This document shows positions 1-11,820 of a stretch of DNA of 64,000 bases, piece after piece. The DNA comes from Phoronis australis (taxonomy: Eukaryota > Animalia > Phoronida), in the NCBI GenBank assembly GCA_002633005.1, contig NMRA01000001.1, positions 4,209,180 through 4,273,179 on the forward strand. The letters are read 5' to 3'. The number at the start of each line of letters is the position of its first letter. Position 1 is the stretch's first letter. Below the pieces are notes generated by a model. The model had not been told where the DNA came from. It saw only the letters and a list, made by a program, of their open reading frames with translations, and did not search any database. Both the position numbers and the translations under genes were made by a program.

Positions 1-682
1 TTATGATCTCCTCTTTGACTAATGGCATTTTCTAATAATATAACTGAAAAGTGAGCCCTGAATCCTATGAAAATATATAAGAACGTAGTCCTTAAGTTAA
101 GGGCGTTGCATAAAAAGATCCCTATTTATTTTCGATTTCATTCTCGATTTGTATCAAAGCCAAAACTTGACTTAGTAATGAAACTAAAACAGCATAAGAA
201 GGACATTCAGTGTTTTCACAAGTCCACAAACAGGCAATTGATATAATGAACTTACTTGAGTCCCTATTTGGGACTATTTCATGCAACCAGGCACTTAATA
301 CCAGCAGACTTTACATTGCAAATGAAACGGTCGAAAATACGAGTGGAAGAAGTAAAAATACGAGTAGAAACATGGCTTCACTCATATGGGTGCCCATCGG
401 ACATCTTTGTTTTTTCCCCTTTTTGGTCACCACTTTTTATGAGCCAAAATGCGGAAATACAAGTGCAAAAATATGTCACCACGCATATCTTCGAGCGGAC
501 AATTTCAACTGTACCCCAATAAACTCTGAAGGGCGTTCTGGAGTCGCTGATGGTTTTGATGTTCGTTTTGGTATTTCAGTCAATAAAAGTTGGTATGTCT
601 GTCCTTTCAATTTAATGAGATGGTAATAAGTTGTTGTAACCTATAGGATATATTACTGGTAGCTTGCCTTTTCGTATTGTAG

Positions 683-3600
683 AGAGTACAAGGATTTAAA
701 ACAGACGCAGACGAAAACATCTATGGATTCTTGCCGATCAGTGTCTGCAGACAAATCAATCAAAAACAAATCAGAAAAGGAGAGGTGAGTATGTGGCAGA
801 ATTATGGTTATTTCAGTTAGTATAATAACGAAGCTTTGTTATTACTTGTATAAAGCTGTTACTCCAGGGCTGTAATTCTTTAAAGACGGGGATTGGTTAG
901 TTCTTACAAACGCAGTCAAGTCATGCCCACCATAGCAAAACCCAGTGCTTATAATTTGTTGTGACATGCATGCAACGCTGTGGAGGAAGAGCAGTTGATT
1001 GAAAAAATAGGTGAGGTTATTAAATTGGCCATTAGGAGGCGCTCTGTTGCATGACACTGACAGTCGACTCGTGAGAACGCTCCCCAAATTCAGCAGCGGG
1101 ATAACAGTATTACGGCAATTTTTAGTACCAGTTGCTAATTTATTTAACTCAAGGAAGAGTAGTTTTTAATGACATTAATTTTCTGCCAGATTTTATTTGG
1201 CTAGTTTTTTACCCACATCAGTGCAAAGCTGTTTATACAGCAGCTTTCTATCAAATATACAGCTTTCTATTGCTCTTGTCAATAGTAATTATTAACTAAA
1301 CGACTTCTGTGCAGCGATTACACTTTTTATTTTTATTTTTATAACATGCTTTTTAGAACAAAATGCACCTATACAAGAAGATTCATAAGTAACTGAGTAT
1401 TTTCCGTCTGGCAAACGGAAGTATTGTTTTCAGTGCATAAAGCACTAAGCTACAACAGGCAGATCTCACTACCGCAAGTGACCACTGTTGACGGAAATGT
1501 GTTTTTGTTATGCCTACAATTGGCATGTCGTGTGCTGAGGAAGTCGGGCTACCTACCCTTCGAAAGCCACCCACGTCTTTATCCAGAAAGGCCAGTTTAT
1601 TGAGTTGTCAATAGGTCTGTAAATGCTTGCAACAAGTATCAGTAATAACAGAGAACTGTGGTCCACAACTGTCGGTTCGGTTCTGGTACACAAATTTTGT
1701 TTTCGGTTCAGTTCCGATGAGCGCCCCTGACGACCAGTATTTGCTAAACTGAAACTGTTCATTAACAGAGAAAAGATGTAGTCAGTAACAGCTTTTGAAC
1801 CACCAAATGCATTGCTTTTAGTGAGTAAAATCTACCTAGGAACACTTTTTAATCATTTCACATTGACTGAAACACCAAAGACATAAAAATAATTTGCTGT
1901 ATTTTGTGGCAAATAATAAGGATATTTAATGATTATAGTGATTTAGGAAATTATGTGAAATAAAACAAAAATGTCATCCACAGGAGGAGTGCAGTGATTG
2001 GGTTCAAGTTTTAGTGCAGTGTCGTCGTGTACTAGAATCGTGTCATACAGCACAGAATCAGTCAGGGAGAGCCTCTCAAATCCTGCAAAGACACCTAGAC
2101 TTTATGAGATTCACTTAAAATTGAAATTTAATTGACTTTTTGTAAACAAGAGAGTGCATGCATTTTTGTTTGTTATTTACTGAAAGAGAATAATTTCCTA
2201 ATCAGTTTTTAGCCTGCGAAAGTGTGCCCTCGCTGCTGCATAAGGATGTAGTCTAGAGTAAAGGTCGAATACAATGCATGTAACAAAGGACAAGTTCACG
2301 TTTTGAATCACTTCACATTTCTCATCTTAAAAGAATAAAGTAGATGCTCATGCTCCTGTTCTTTTGTACAATAATTGTTTTTGTCTTCCATTAGGCGGAT
2401 AAAAGAGCTGAATGAAAACAACACCAAAAAGTTCTTGGAGGAGCGCCGACGCCTGTCATCAAGACACTCAGTGCAACAAGACCAGCTGAAGAAAGTACAT
2501 CAGAAACAGATGGAGGTGTTACTGGAGGAGACACGGGAGGTATGACATGGTTAGGAGACTTGTCAAGCATGGTGAATCAGACATGGTGGCATATTTCTCT
2601 GACAGTGGGATGTTTTGTATAGGAGAGTTGTGTCTATTGAACAGGGGCCTGTTGGGTAGAGGCTACTGGGGACCAAGGGCTGTTAAGGTGGTAATTGTTA
2701 GGGGACAGTTAATAAATATTAGTGTTGAAGATTCATTACTTAAAGGTTTCTTAAATTTGACGTTTTTGAGTTTTCCTGATTTGGTGTACTTTTGCACCAT
2801 CTGGTGGCTATTTTTATTTTTTGAGTCTGTTTTTGGGCATCTGACTCAGTCTTTATCCACCGTGCTGCTTAGAGGATCATTTAATAAACTTGACAGATAT
2901 ATTCCTATTAATCAAAAGACTGTGGCTGGTGTTTATTTTTGGATGGATGTGACTGCTGTGGCATCTCCTGGTAGCAATTTTGTCTCTTTTGCATCCTTGG
3001 CTGTATGTCCTTACTCCTTCACGTTTTAAATGGATTTGACGTATTTTGCGTCACCTAGTGGCCATTTTTCTGTTTTCTAGTCTGGTATTTTTCATTTGCC
3101 CCTCTATAGGCCAAGCCATAGTAAGGGTGAAAATTGACAGATATGTTGTACCGATTTCAGTGGCTCCTCCAATTGGCAGTTTTTTTTGCGTCCATGGCTG
3201 TATCTCCTTAACCCTCTGCAGGATCTTTGTTAAATTTGGCAAGTGTATTTCTATGAAGGTTACAACTGACAGGTGGTGTCAACTTTTAGATGGATCAAAT
3301 AACTGCAGCTGTGCCTCCTAGTTTTCCTCTGTGTCTTTGGAGTTCCTGGACGGATTTTTTAGAAAATTTGGTAAATAGATTTCTATTGAAGATGTGATGA
3401 CATATTTTCGTTTTCAGATGGATTTGACGTTGTGCATGCCACCTAGTGGCCGTTTTTATTACTTTCTAGTCAGGTTTTTGGCATCCGCCTCTTCGTGGGC
3501 CAAACCACTCATAGGAAAATTATGAAAATTGATGGATATCTTACTGGAAGAAATCATGCAACGATTCTTGGACACCGCCGATTACTGTGGCGCCTCCTAG

Positions 3601-4771
3601 TGGCAGTTTTGTTCTTGTCGTGTCCAAGGCTGTATCTCCGAAACCCTCTGCAGGATCGTTGAATTTGGCAAGTGTATTTTAAGGTGACAGCAGATGGCAA
3701 CGATGTTCAGATGGATCTGACTCCTGCTGTGCCCCTTGTGGCAATTTTTTCTTCGTTTTCCTCTGTAACTGTGGAGTTCCTTGGTGGATTTTTATGAAAT
3801 TTGGCAAATAGGTTTCTATTAATAAGGCGATTACAGATGGATTTGACGTAGTGTACAAATCCTAGTGGCCGTATTTTCTATTGCGTTTTAGTGTGTTTTT
3901 GGCACCCATCTCATTATCGGCCAAAGCACTCAAAGAATCGTTTTGAATATTTGTAAATGTGCTACTAGTGGGAAGAACATTGTTGACGATTTTTGGATAT
4001 TTTGACTACTGTGGCACTCCCTTTAGTGGCAGTTTGCTGTTTCTCCCTGCTGGGTCTTTGTGAAATTTGGCGAGTGTATTTCTATTAGCGTGACAACAGA
4101 TGATGACATTTGGACGTATCTAACTTCCACTCTGCCCCCAGTGCCAGTTTTAATTTTTTTCCAGGCTTGACGAGTGTGTTCTTATTGAGGAGAGCATTGA
4201 TGACTTGCTATGCACTCCCTAAAGGCTATTTTAAGTTTACTAGCATTGGTTCAATTAGTGATATAGTAATCATCCCTTGTATCTGCGCTATATGTGATGC
4301 ACACGGTGGGCGCATATCAATGCTCGGTGTTGCTCTTGTTATGATACTGGTAAACACTCCTAGAAGCACACTGTTTTTGCGTTGCAGTCATGGGTGCATT
4401 TCAACGCTCTGCGCTGCTCTTTTTTGACATTTTGAGTTGTTGGTTTAAAATAGTGAAGTTTAATCCTTTTGTCAATTCTGACTGCTGCAACTACCCCTTG
4501 TGGTCAAATTGGTCAAGTTGTTTTGATGTATCTTTCGTGAAGCTGATAATTATATTAAGAACATTCTCCATTTGTGACACTTTGCGTTGCTCTTTTTTAT
4601 TTAGCCATAGGTAATGTGTTGTGTGCTTCCAGCGGTTACCCATGATATTGATGCCCGAAAGTGAAAATAAATTCATTTATTTTGAAAATCTATTTACTTC
4701 AGACGAAAGACATTGCTGAGCAAGTATACAGAGAAGCCAAGATGTCGGAGAAGCCAGAGTCTGCTTGCTAA
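683..4771 (+). CDS. PLCB4: Phospholipase C beta-4 (PLCB4/NorpA-like), last three coding exons (distal C-terminal coiled-coil domain); the gene begins upstream of the window
   Basis: Exons 683-784, 2395-2539 and 4703-4771 have GT-AG boundaries and compatible phases. They translate to [104 protein letters not shown]. This matches the recalled human PLCB4 tail [32 protein letters not shown]...DQLKKVQ. Confidence 0.9.
2860..4330 (+). repeat. Dispersed composite repeat made of degenerate subunits (GATGGATTTGAC / CCACCTAGTGGC / GAAATTTGGCAA); probably a non-autonomous DNA element
   Basis: Subunit motifs recur internally. Homologous arrays occur at ~39040-39400, ~53420-54500, ~55430-55870 and ~62700-63760. 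The end segment 4190-4330 aligns by eye with 63610-63750 and, reversed, with 31850-31920. Confidence 0.7.
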
Positions 4772-6239
4772 TGATGTCACTGGTGAAAGTCACCTTTCCT
4801 AGGATCCGATTGCTGGGAGCTACTGATTACAGGCACTCCTCAGTGATGGACTGGTGATGGTGGCTTTTTACGGTGTCTTAAGATTAGACTGGTAGTCTTG
4901 GGCTACAATACTTGTCGCAGAGTCTGTCTGTATTTGACTGCTGAATGTCACGCAGTGTTGATGATCGCTTTGAATCTCGCACTGCTGCAAGTGTCGTGAC
5001 ATGTTTGTGACTTTGACATTGAATGTCAGAAGTGAAATTCGAGGATTTTTGAAAGTTTTTTTCAGATGTTAGGGTGTAAAACGACTTGTTAGATAACTGA
5101 TTACTATCGAAATTAGCGGATTCCAAATACGGGAAGGTGACATCACAGTAATTCATTGCACCTCTTCACTCTTGTGTGCCTCTTGTGAAATCTTGTTTTT
5201 TGTTGCCTGTTTCACATGTTTGTTTTGTTTGTTAAAGTGTTGTGAGTAATTATTAGGAACCCAGGACTGCTCATTTGTCGTCGTATTTTGACTTCACTAG
5301 TTATAAATGGTTTCAGTTGGAATCCATACAAGGATTAAGTCACTCTGGGAAATCAAAACATGGATATTGTGAACACTGTTGAGAGAGTGACTAAATTTTT
5401 TGTTTTTGGGTTTGTTGCTCAATTTTGCCCCATTTTGCCCGATCATTGTGCTTCTACACAGTTATCGTCAAGTCCGTGGTAGTTGCCCCCTCATGCAATA
5501 GTGTACTGGTGATGCCACATATTTCCAAGGTAAAGTGCATGAGTACTTAGGAGGGGAGGATTGAATATCCACTGGGGCTACGAAGCAAATGGCTTGTGAA
5601 AGTCCACATCCATCAAAGTGTGTAACAAGGCCAATCAAATTAAATTACTATGGGGAGAAAAGCTCTGAATTATTGTGATGTGAACTTCCACTTTCGGTAA
5701 TGCTCGATTTTTTTACTGTGAAGGTTTTATAAAAGACCTCAGATAATTTTAGGTGGTATCGTTTATCTAAATGTCAAATAATCCAGGAATTTTCCTTTAA
5801 TTGTGGATTGTAAGACTGTTGTCACAACACAAATTGGGATGACGATGCTTCTCTGCTTCTGTTAATGAAAGCAACTTTTGAAAAATTTTAATGTTATACT
5901 GTTATAAAAAGTGTTAACTTCCCTCTGTTTTTACTTTCTTATAACTATTTTTGAAATTGCAAAAAAGACCAGTTATATGAAGTGGTAACTTTTATGTCAT
6001 TGCATTCTGCAAGTTGAAATTTTTATTGTCAAATTTCGTAAAATCTTTTCACGTTTTACCAAATGCATTTTTAGCTTTCCATATTTTGTTTTTGGATTAC
6101 TCAATGACTGACAAATCTTGAGTTCATCCATTAAAAAGTTAATAATCACATGATCCACATTTTTTGTGTCAAGTGTCATTTTATGCTTTGAACATGAATT
6201 TCAAAAAGTCTAACTGTGTACAACTTCTTGTCTGAATTG

Positions 6240-6400
6240 CAGAAAAACTCGCATAACTCTGAATCAACCGAACCGAGAGATTTCATTCAAGTATGGCAAA
6301 ATACCAGAGCTCGCGAACTAGAACAGGTTTACTGCATGAATTTTGTCTGGGTTAAGCAAAAATCCAACTTATGCCTGTCCGACTTGCGCGAGTTTTACTG
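6240..6400. mobile_element. Short pogo/Tc1-like MITE remnant downstream of the PLCB4 stop (possible 3'UTR)
   Basis: Imperfect TIRs CAGAAAAACTCGCATAACTC and GACTTGCGCGAGTTTTACTG, the latter followed by TA. Confidence 0.5.
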
Positions 6401-8924
6401 TATATATTTTTAGGTTCTATAGGCAAGGATGTGTCTCAGATTTTTTATTCCCTATTGGCTCTGAGTGAGGATATGCTATACTACTGAATTATTTGTGTAC
6501 ATGTATGTTAAAGACTCTTGATGTGTCCGTCATGGTGAAGAAGTTTTTTTTGTTGTTGTTTTCAAGACATTCATTGTATATTTCTGTGCAAATTATTTTG
6601 TAATGGAGTGTAGTTCTCAAACAGCTGTTCAAACGATTTATTGAAGAATGACAGAAATATCTGCCTTTTGCGGTGCTTGTTCATGCCATGTGAATGCCTG
6701 ATCCTTTTGCACTCTGTGGGTTTATTTTCATCAGCATTTGTTTACTGCATTTCAATCTAAGAAACCATGCTGTGTCAAAAAAGTATCATATGTGTCTTGT
6801 ATTGCATCCTTTGTAGTGTGCTTGAGTGGAGAGTATAGGTGCACTTTCATATCTTTAGTCAGCTTAAGCTATCATTAAACAATCATTCCTGATTTTCAAC
6901 ATGGCGCAGATGAATAATAAATACGTCATGGTATTTGGCTTCGTCTGGAATCGAATTCACCTGTTTGCTTAATTAGAAAGACCACAATGTGCTATTGACC
7001 TAATTTATGAATTGTTAAGACACTTCTGAGTGAAATCGGATAAGGAAAAAGTAATCAGTGCACCCCAACAATCCTCGGGCTAGTCAACTTTCTTGTCAAA
7101 ATTGCAGATCACTGCGCATCATGAAAACTTTATTATAGTGTTATGCTATCAAATGTGATTAATTCAATGGAGTGTAATGGCAGCACAGGTGCAGTGAATA
7201 ATGAACAAGACATCTTTGGTAAAATCTTGCCATTAATGCCAACATTGGTCTCATTTCCAAAAGCTTCTAACATTGCTGTGGGATGTCCATGATTTCTCAG
7301 AGCCATAGTCTGATTGTAGATATAGTATAGATCTCTCGAAATGACGGAATATTTATTTGGTGCTACTTGTCCTTTATGAAACTAACTTGTGAGCCACAGT
7401 GTGTTCTAAATTGGTTATATTTTACAGCACCTGATGGATGTGCAGCTTTGTGGGTACTTTAGCATTGTGGGTACTGAAATACCACTGAATTGATGGCCTG
7501 TGCTACTACAAAAGTTTTTTTCCCTTATCACTGCCAGCACATAATCTGTGCGGTGGATAGGTTTGTCCAAAGCTAATATTATCACCTGCTATTGTACCTG
7601 GGGTTTATTAAGCTTAAGTGCTTCCTCACTGTGTCTCAAAGTGATTTCTGTGCTTTGAGCTGGGTAGTCTTTTCTCACAACTGTCCATTCAACCAAACGT
7701 TGGCAAGGCTTGCTGATTTGACCAGACTTTTTAAAAAGCTTTTTAACTTCAAACCGTTTTGGACTGCAGGGTTTCAGAGGATAGTTGTTTCCATTAAATT
7801 ATCTAGTGTCAGTTGATATCTGTAAATCACCTAAAATCAGGATTGAAATCCAATTTGGGTGAATGTAAATTATTTTTATTACAGCTAATATTTCTACAAA
7901 ATGTCGCTATTCTCGAAGACTGCATCCTCTGATTGGTGGTGAAAGCTGAAATGATTTCTGGTCAAATGGCCAGCGTGGGGTTGTCTGGTCTGTAATCAGG
8001 TCTTTGCTACTGTTCCAAGTAGTATTTGTAGGCACAGTGTTGGGGGAGTTGAGGTATCTTAGTTCTCAGTACATTATCGTGTGACTTTACTAACCAAAGA
8101 TTATCTTAGCATTCTATCATTCTAAATATTTGTTGTTTTTTAATTGTTTTGAAGTGACATCCCAACAGTTTACAAGATTTATTGTCACTGTTTATTTTCA
8201 AGGTGTACACCTAGGTGGTTATGTATGTGAGGAATGTGGGTTAGAGTTTGCACAGTTTATTAGGTTTTGGTCCTTAGCAAGAAAACGTAACTTTTGACGA
8301 TCACAAAGTTGGACGTTTCACTGCCAAACATCATACCTGTTTGCGTTAACAAGCATTGTCGTTTCCTTTGAATTAATAACAGGTCCAGCCCTGCCCAAAC
8401 AACAATTTTGACTCCATCTGAATCTTCTGGAAATGTTTACTTTATGCGTAATTGTGAACTTGGTCACTGAAAACAATTAATATATTTGCGACAATACTTA
8501 AAACCGACATGCCCAGCATAAGAATTGCCCTCTTTACCAGGCGGGAGAAAGTTTGAGACTTTTCGATGAATGAAACTTGACGACATGATGTCTTCTGTAT
8601 GTGTTTTCAACAGTTGAAGTTTCTTCATAGTCTTAACTTGGTATTAGTGATTCTACAAAGCAAGAGAAATTTTGCGATCAATCAGATACTTTATTATAAA
8701 CTTCTTGTATTCGAGTTTGAACTGTACATTTTATACGTCCACGTATATATACGTAAAGGAGTGCACACTGCCGTCATCTCGGGCGCCCGGCATCCGCTAC
8801 TGTATTTCCTAAGCCACTTGTGGAATTTTCATAAAAAATGTCTGATGTGCGTCCTAGTGATAATTTTAGTTAGTTTCCCTATCGAATTTCTCCACGGATG
8901 CTTTTATGAAGTTTGGTAAATCAC

Positions 8925-9181
8925 CATGCGCGCACCCTAGGGGAGCTCGTGGGAGTCGAACGAACCTCCCATTAGGCGAAGTGGGCAAAAAGGTCCGTCT
9001 CGGAGAAACAAAAACTCCGAAAAGGGTAGAAAACGAGACAAAAGTCCACTAAAAAGACAGGAACTACCAAACTTCGGCGAATGCACAATTCATAGCTCTG
9101 AACGCACCCCGTGAATCTTGGTAAAAGGTCCACATTCTCAAAAATTCGAGCCTCCCTTTTTCAAGGCAGGGTGCGCGCATG
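8925..9181. mobile_element. MITE / non-autonomous DNA transposon with 14-bp TIRs and a 5-bp TSD
   Basis: CATGCGCGCACCCT (8925-8938) and AGGGTGCGCGCATG (9168-9181) are perfect inverted repeats. Both ends are flanked by ATCAC (8920-8924, 9182-9186). Confidence 0.85.
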
Positions 9182-10369
9182 ATCACTGAAAATGAGTAGG
9201 CATAACGAGTGTCGCCCATCGTTGAAGTATGACTAAATGAATGAGTACCTAACAAGCATTCGTTCTGGGTTGCAAATTTCTAGGTCACTTTACTCGTCCG
9301 CTGAGCGGGTCCGTCTGAATTTTCACTTTTGTTCAGCTTGAAATGCCCATTCTCCGCTATTTTTTCCTTTGTGGCTTTCACCCACGCTCCTGTGAACACC
9401 CATGACTGAAAACCCAGACAGATAGCTCTCCTGTGACTAATGAACAGTGAATTGACTGTATTCAGTGATGCTTTTGTTAGTATGTGAAGTGGGTGGTATG
9501 ATTATAATAGTTTGCATTAATGTAACCCTCCAGTCTTGGGTGTAAAATGACCCGTACAAGTTCAGTGATATATGTTCTAAATTGTTTTTATTTATGTCAT
9601 TTAATTTTGCGTGTTAACTTATGATTATTATTGATTGTACAAAATCATCATGTATATTATGTGTACATTTTGCTCTCTATTTTTATTTTGAATATAGTTG
9701 CTGTATTATGTTAGCTCAGAAGACAAACCCTGAATAAAATGCTTGACAAAACTCGGCAATTTACACATTTTCGAAGGTTGTGTCCGCGAATTGAGCGACC
9801 TGGGTTATACAGACATTTTGTTCAAGGTTTGGGGAGGTAGCTGAAAGATCAAGTCAGTTTTTATCACTGTAGTGGTCATTTTGACCCAACCGTCTTTACT
9901 GGGTGAAGGGAACCTTAAACAAGTAACAAACTTAACGTCAATCAGTGCCAGGTTTGTTAGGAGAAGGGGGGGGGGGGGGGATNNNNNNNNNNNNNNNNNN
10001 NNNNNNNNNNNNNNNNNNNNNNNNNNNNNNNNNNNNNNNNNNNNNNNNNNNNNNNNNNNNNNNNNNNNNNNNNNNNNNNNNNNNNNNNNNNNNNNNNNNN
10101 NNNNNNNNNNNNNNNNNNNNNNNNNNNNNNNNNNNNNNNNNNNNNNNNNNNNNNNNNNNNNNNNNNNNNNNNNNNNNNNNNNNNNNNNNNNNNNNNNNNN
10201 NNNNNNNNNNNNNNNNNNNNNNNNNNNNNNNNNNNNNNNNNNNNNNNNNNNNNNNNNNNNNNNNNNNNNNNNNNNNNNNNNNNNNNNNNNNNNNNNNNNN
10301 NNNNNNNNNNNNNNNNNNNNNNNNNNNNNNNNNNNNNNNNNNNNNNNNNNNNNNNNNNNNNNNNNNNNN

Positions 10370-10565
10370 CTGACCCTAACACCCTTACCCCACCCCATAC
10401 CTGAACCTAACCCTAATTCTAAGCTTAAAACAAACCCTAACCCTTAGCCCTCTACCTCTCACCATATCAACCTAATCCTCACCCTACCGCCCCTACACCT
10501 CAGCCTAAACCTCGATCTTAACTTAAACCTCACATTCGACACCCTATAATCTAAACCTCACCCAC
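10370..10565 (+). repeat. Degenerate (CCCTAA)n-like low-complexity tract next to the assembly gap (N run 9983-10369)
   Basis: CCCTAAC, CCTAACCCTAA, CCCTAACCCTTAG and CCTAAACCTC variants with strong C/A skew. Confidence 0.6.
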
Positions 10566-11405
10566 TGCTTCACATTTACCTTGACGTCACCCGAACCTTC
10601 AGTAAAAAAGGAAGAAGGAAGCTACTTCTGAAAAACTGAAGTCGAGTTCGTTGGGCATTTCCGAAAATCAACTCATTTTGTTCAAGAGCTCGAGTTCGTT
10701 CCCAAATGCTTATTCAAGAGAGGATATTCCTTCAATGTGTTTCGGCTCTTCGCCTTTTTTCTTAATATTCACTTTAAAAGATTGGCTCGTTCAGTGGCAT
10801 TGATCATCACTAGACACACTGCTCAAATCAGTCATTTTCACGGCGCCTAGCAACGAAATAGCTGATGAGGTCGCCTCATTTAATCGGCTATTTATAATAA
10901 AATCACAAAACCACAACACCGATATGCTGTTTTAAAACTTGTCAAAGCAAATAATTTCAAGAAATCATTCTTATCCACCAAAAACCCCAAATAATAGGCG
11001 TTTTTCACCCATAAAATCGACTGTGTCCTTTTAAAGAGAGGGATATGAATATGTACAATGGTACATTAGCAAGGTAGATTTTTTAGAAGCTGAAACGTGC
11101 AGCATGATTAAAATAAATTCTAATATGGCTCAATATTTTATCGCTTAAACTATGAATTCTGGGTATTTCCTAAGGCCCAGTCGCAGGCTGTGCGACTTTA
11201 AGTTTGTGGGATCGTACTAGCACGATCGACATAAGCAATACAGTGCTGCCCTAAACGTCGCATTTCAACTCAAAAGTTATCAAGTGGATAGCTTTAAAAT
11301 GTATTTGAAGCGTACGTGCAATTCAGAACAATTGTACCGTTTTATTAAGCACTCACTATCAATTACCAGAGAAAAAAATATTTTCCCGCCCTTAAGTCGC
11401 CAACA

Positions 11406-11730
11406 GAAGGTTTGATGTCTCGATCTATAGCTCGGCCATCTGTTCACCTTGCCATGCGAAACAAAGCGTGGTGATATTTCATGAATGACATGAAGCCATT
11501 AATCTGTAGAAGTCCTGTAATTCACAATATTCTACAACTACAACAGTAAAACGATTGACCGAATGCGCAGCTGAACTGAAGGTTTCATGTCCTACAGCTC
11601 TGCCATCTGTTTAGTACTGCCATGCGTAACAAAGAACGTGATATTTTATGAATGATTTGACGTCATTAATCTATAAAAGTCATGTGATCCACGATATTGT
11701 ACAACAGCGAAGCACGACTGACAAAATGAT
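11406..11730 (+). promoter_or_regulatory. Putative F-box gene promoter built from a ~170-bp tandem duplication; the downstream copy has CRE and TATA motifs
   Basis: Two diverged copies start at ~11406 and ~11578 (shared GCCATCTGTT...TGCCATGCG...TGATATTT...ATGAATGA...CATTAATCT). TGACGTCA is at 11658-11665 and TATAAAAG at 11672-11679, ~140 bp upstream of the ATG. Confidence 0.5.
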
Positions 11731-11820
11731 AAGTAACTGGCAATTCGTTCAATTGAGCAGATATGAGAGAGCCAACGCTTTGATAGTCGCCTAAACATCG
11801 ACGTGGGTGCTTATGTTGAG

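Noticed and set aside
842-1762. Minus-strand fragments resembling LINE endonuclease motifs (IVGITKTH, VASIYRP, RAPP)
   Set aside because: Motif order and spacing are inconsistent and broken by stops. It may be an old LINE remnant but cannot be supported without a profile search.
2547-3321. ORFs of 160 and 91 aa in the PLCB4 intron, and similar 60-120 aa ORFs throughout
   Set aside because: They lie in introns or repeats and show no recognisable domain or exon-like composition.
9805-10447. Four long ORFs spanning 9.8-10.4 kb
   Set aside because: They are artefacts of translating through the N gap.
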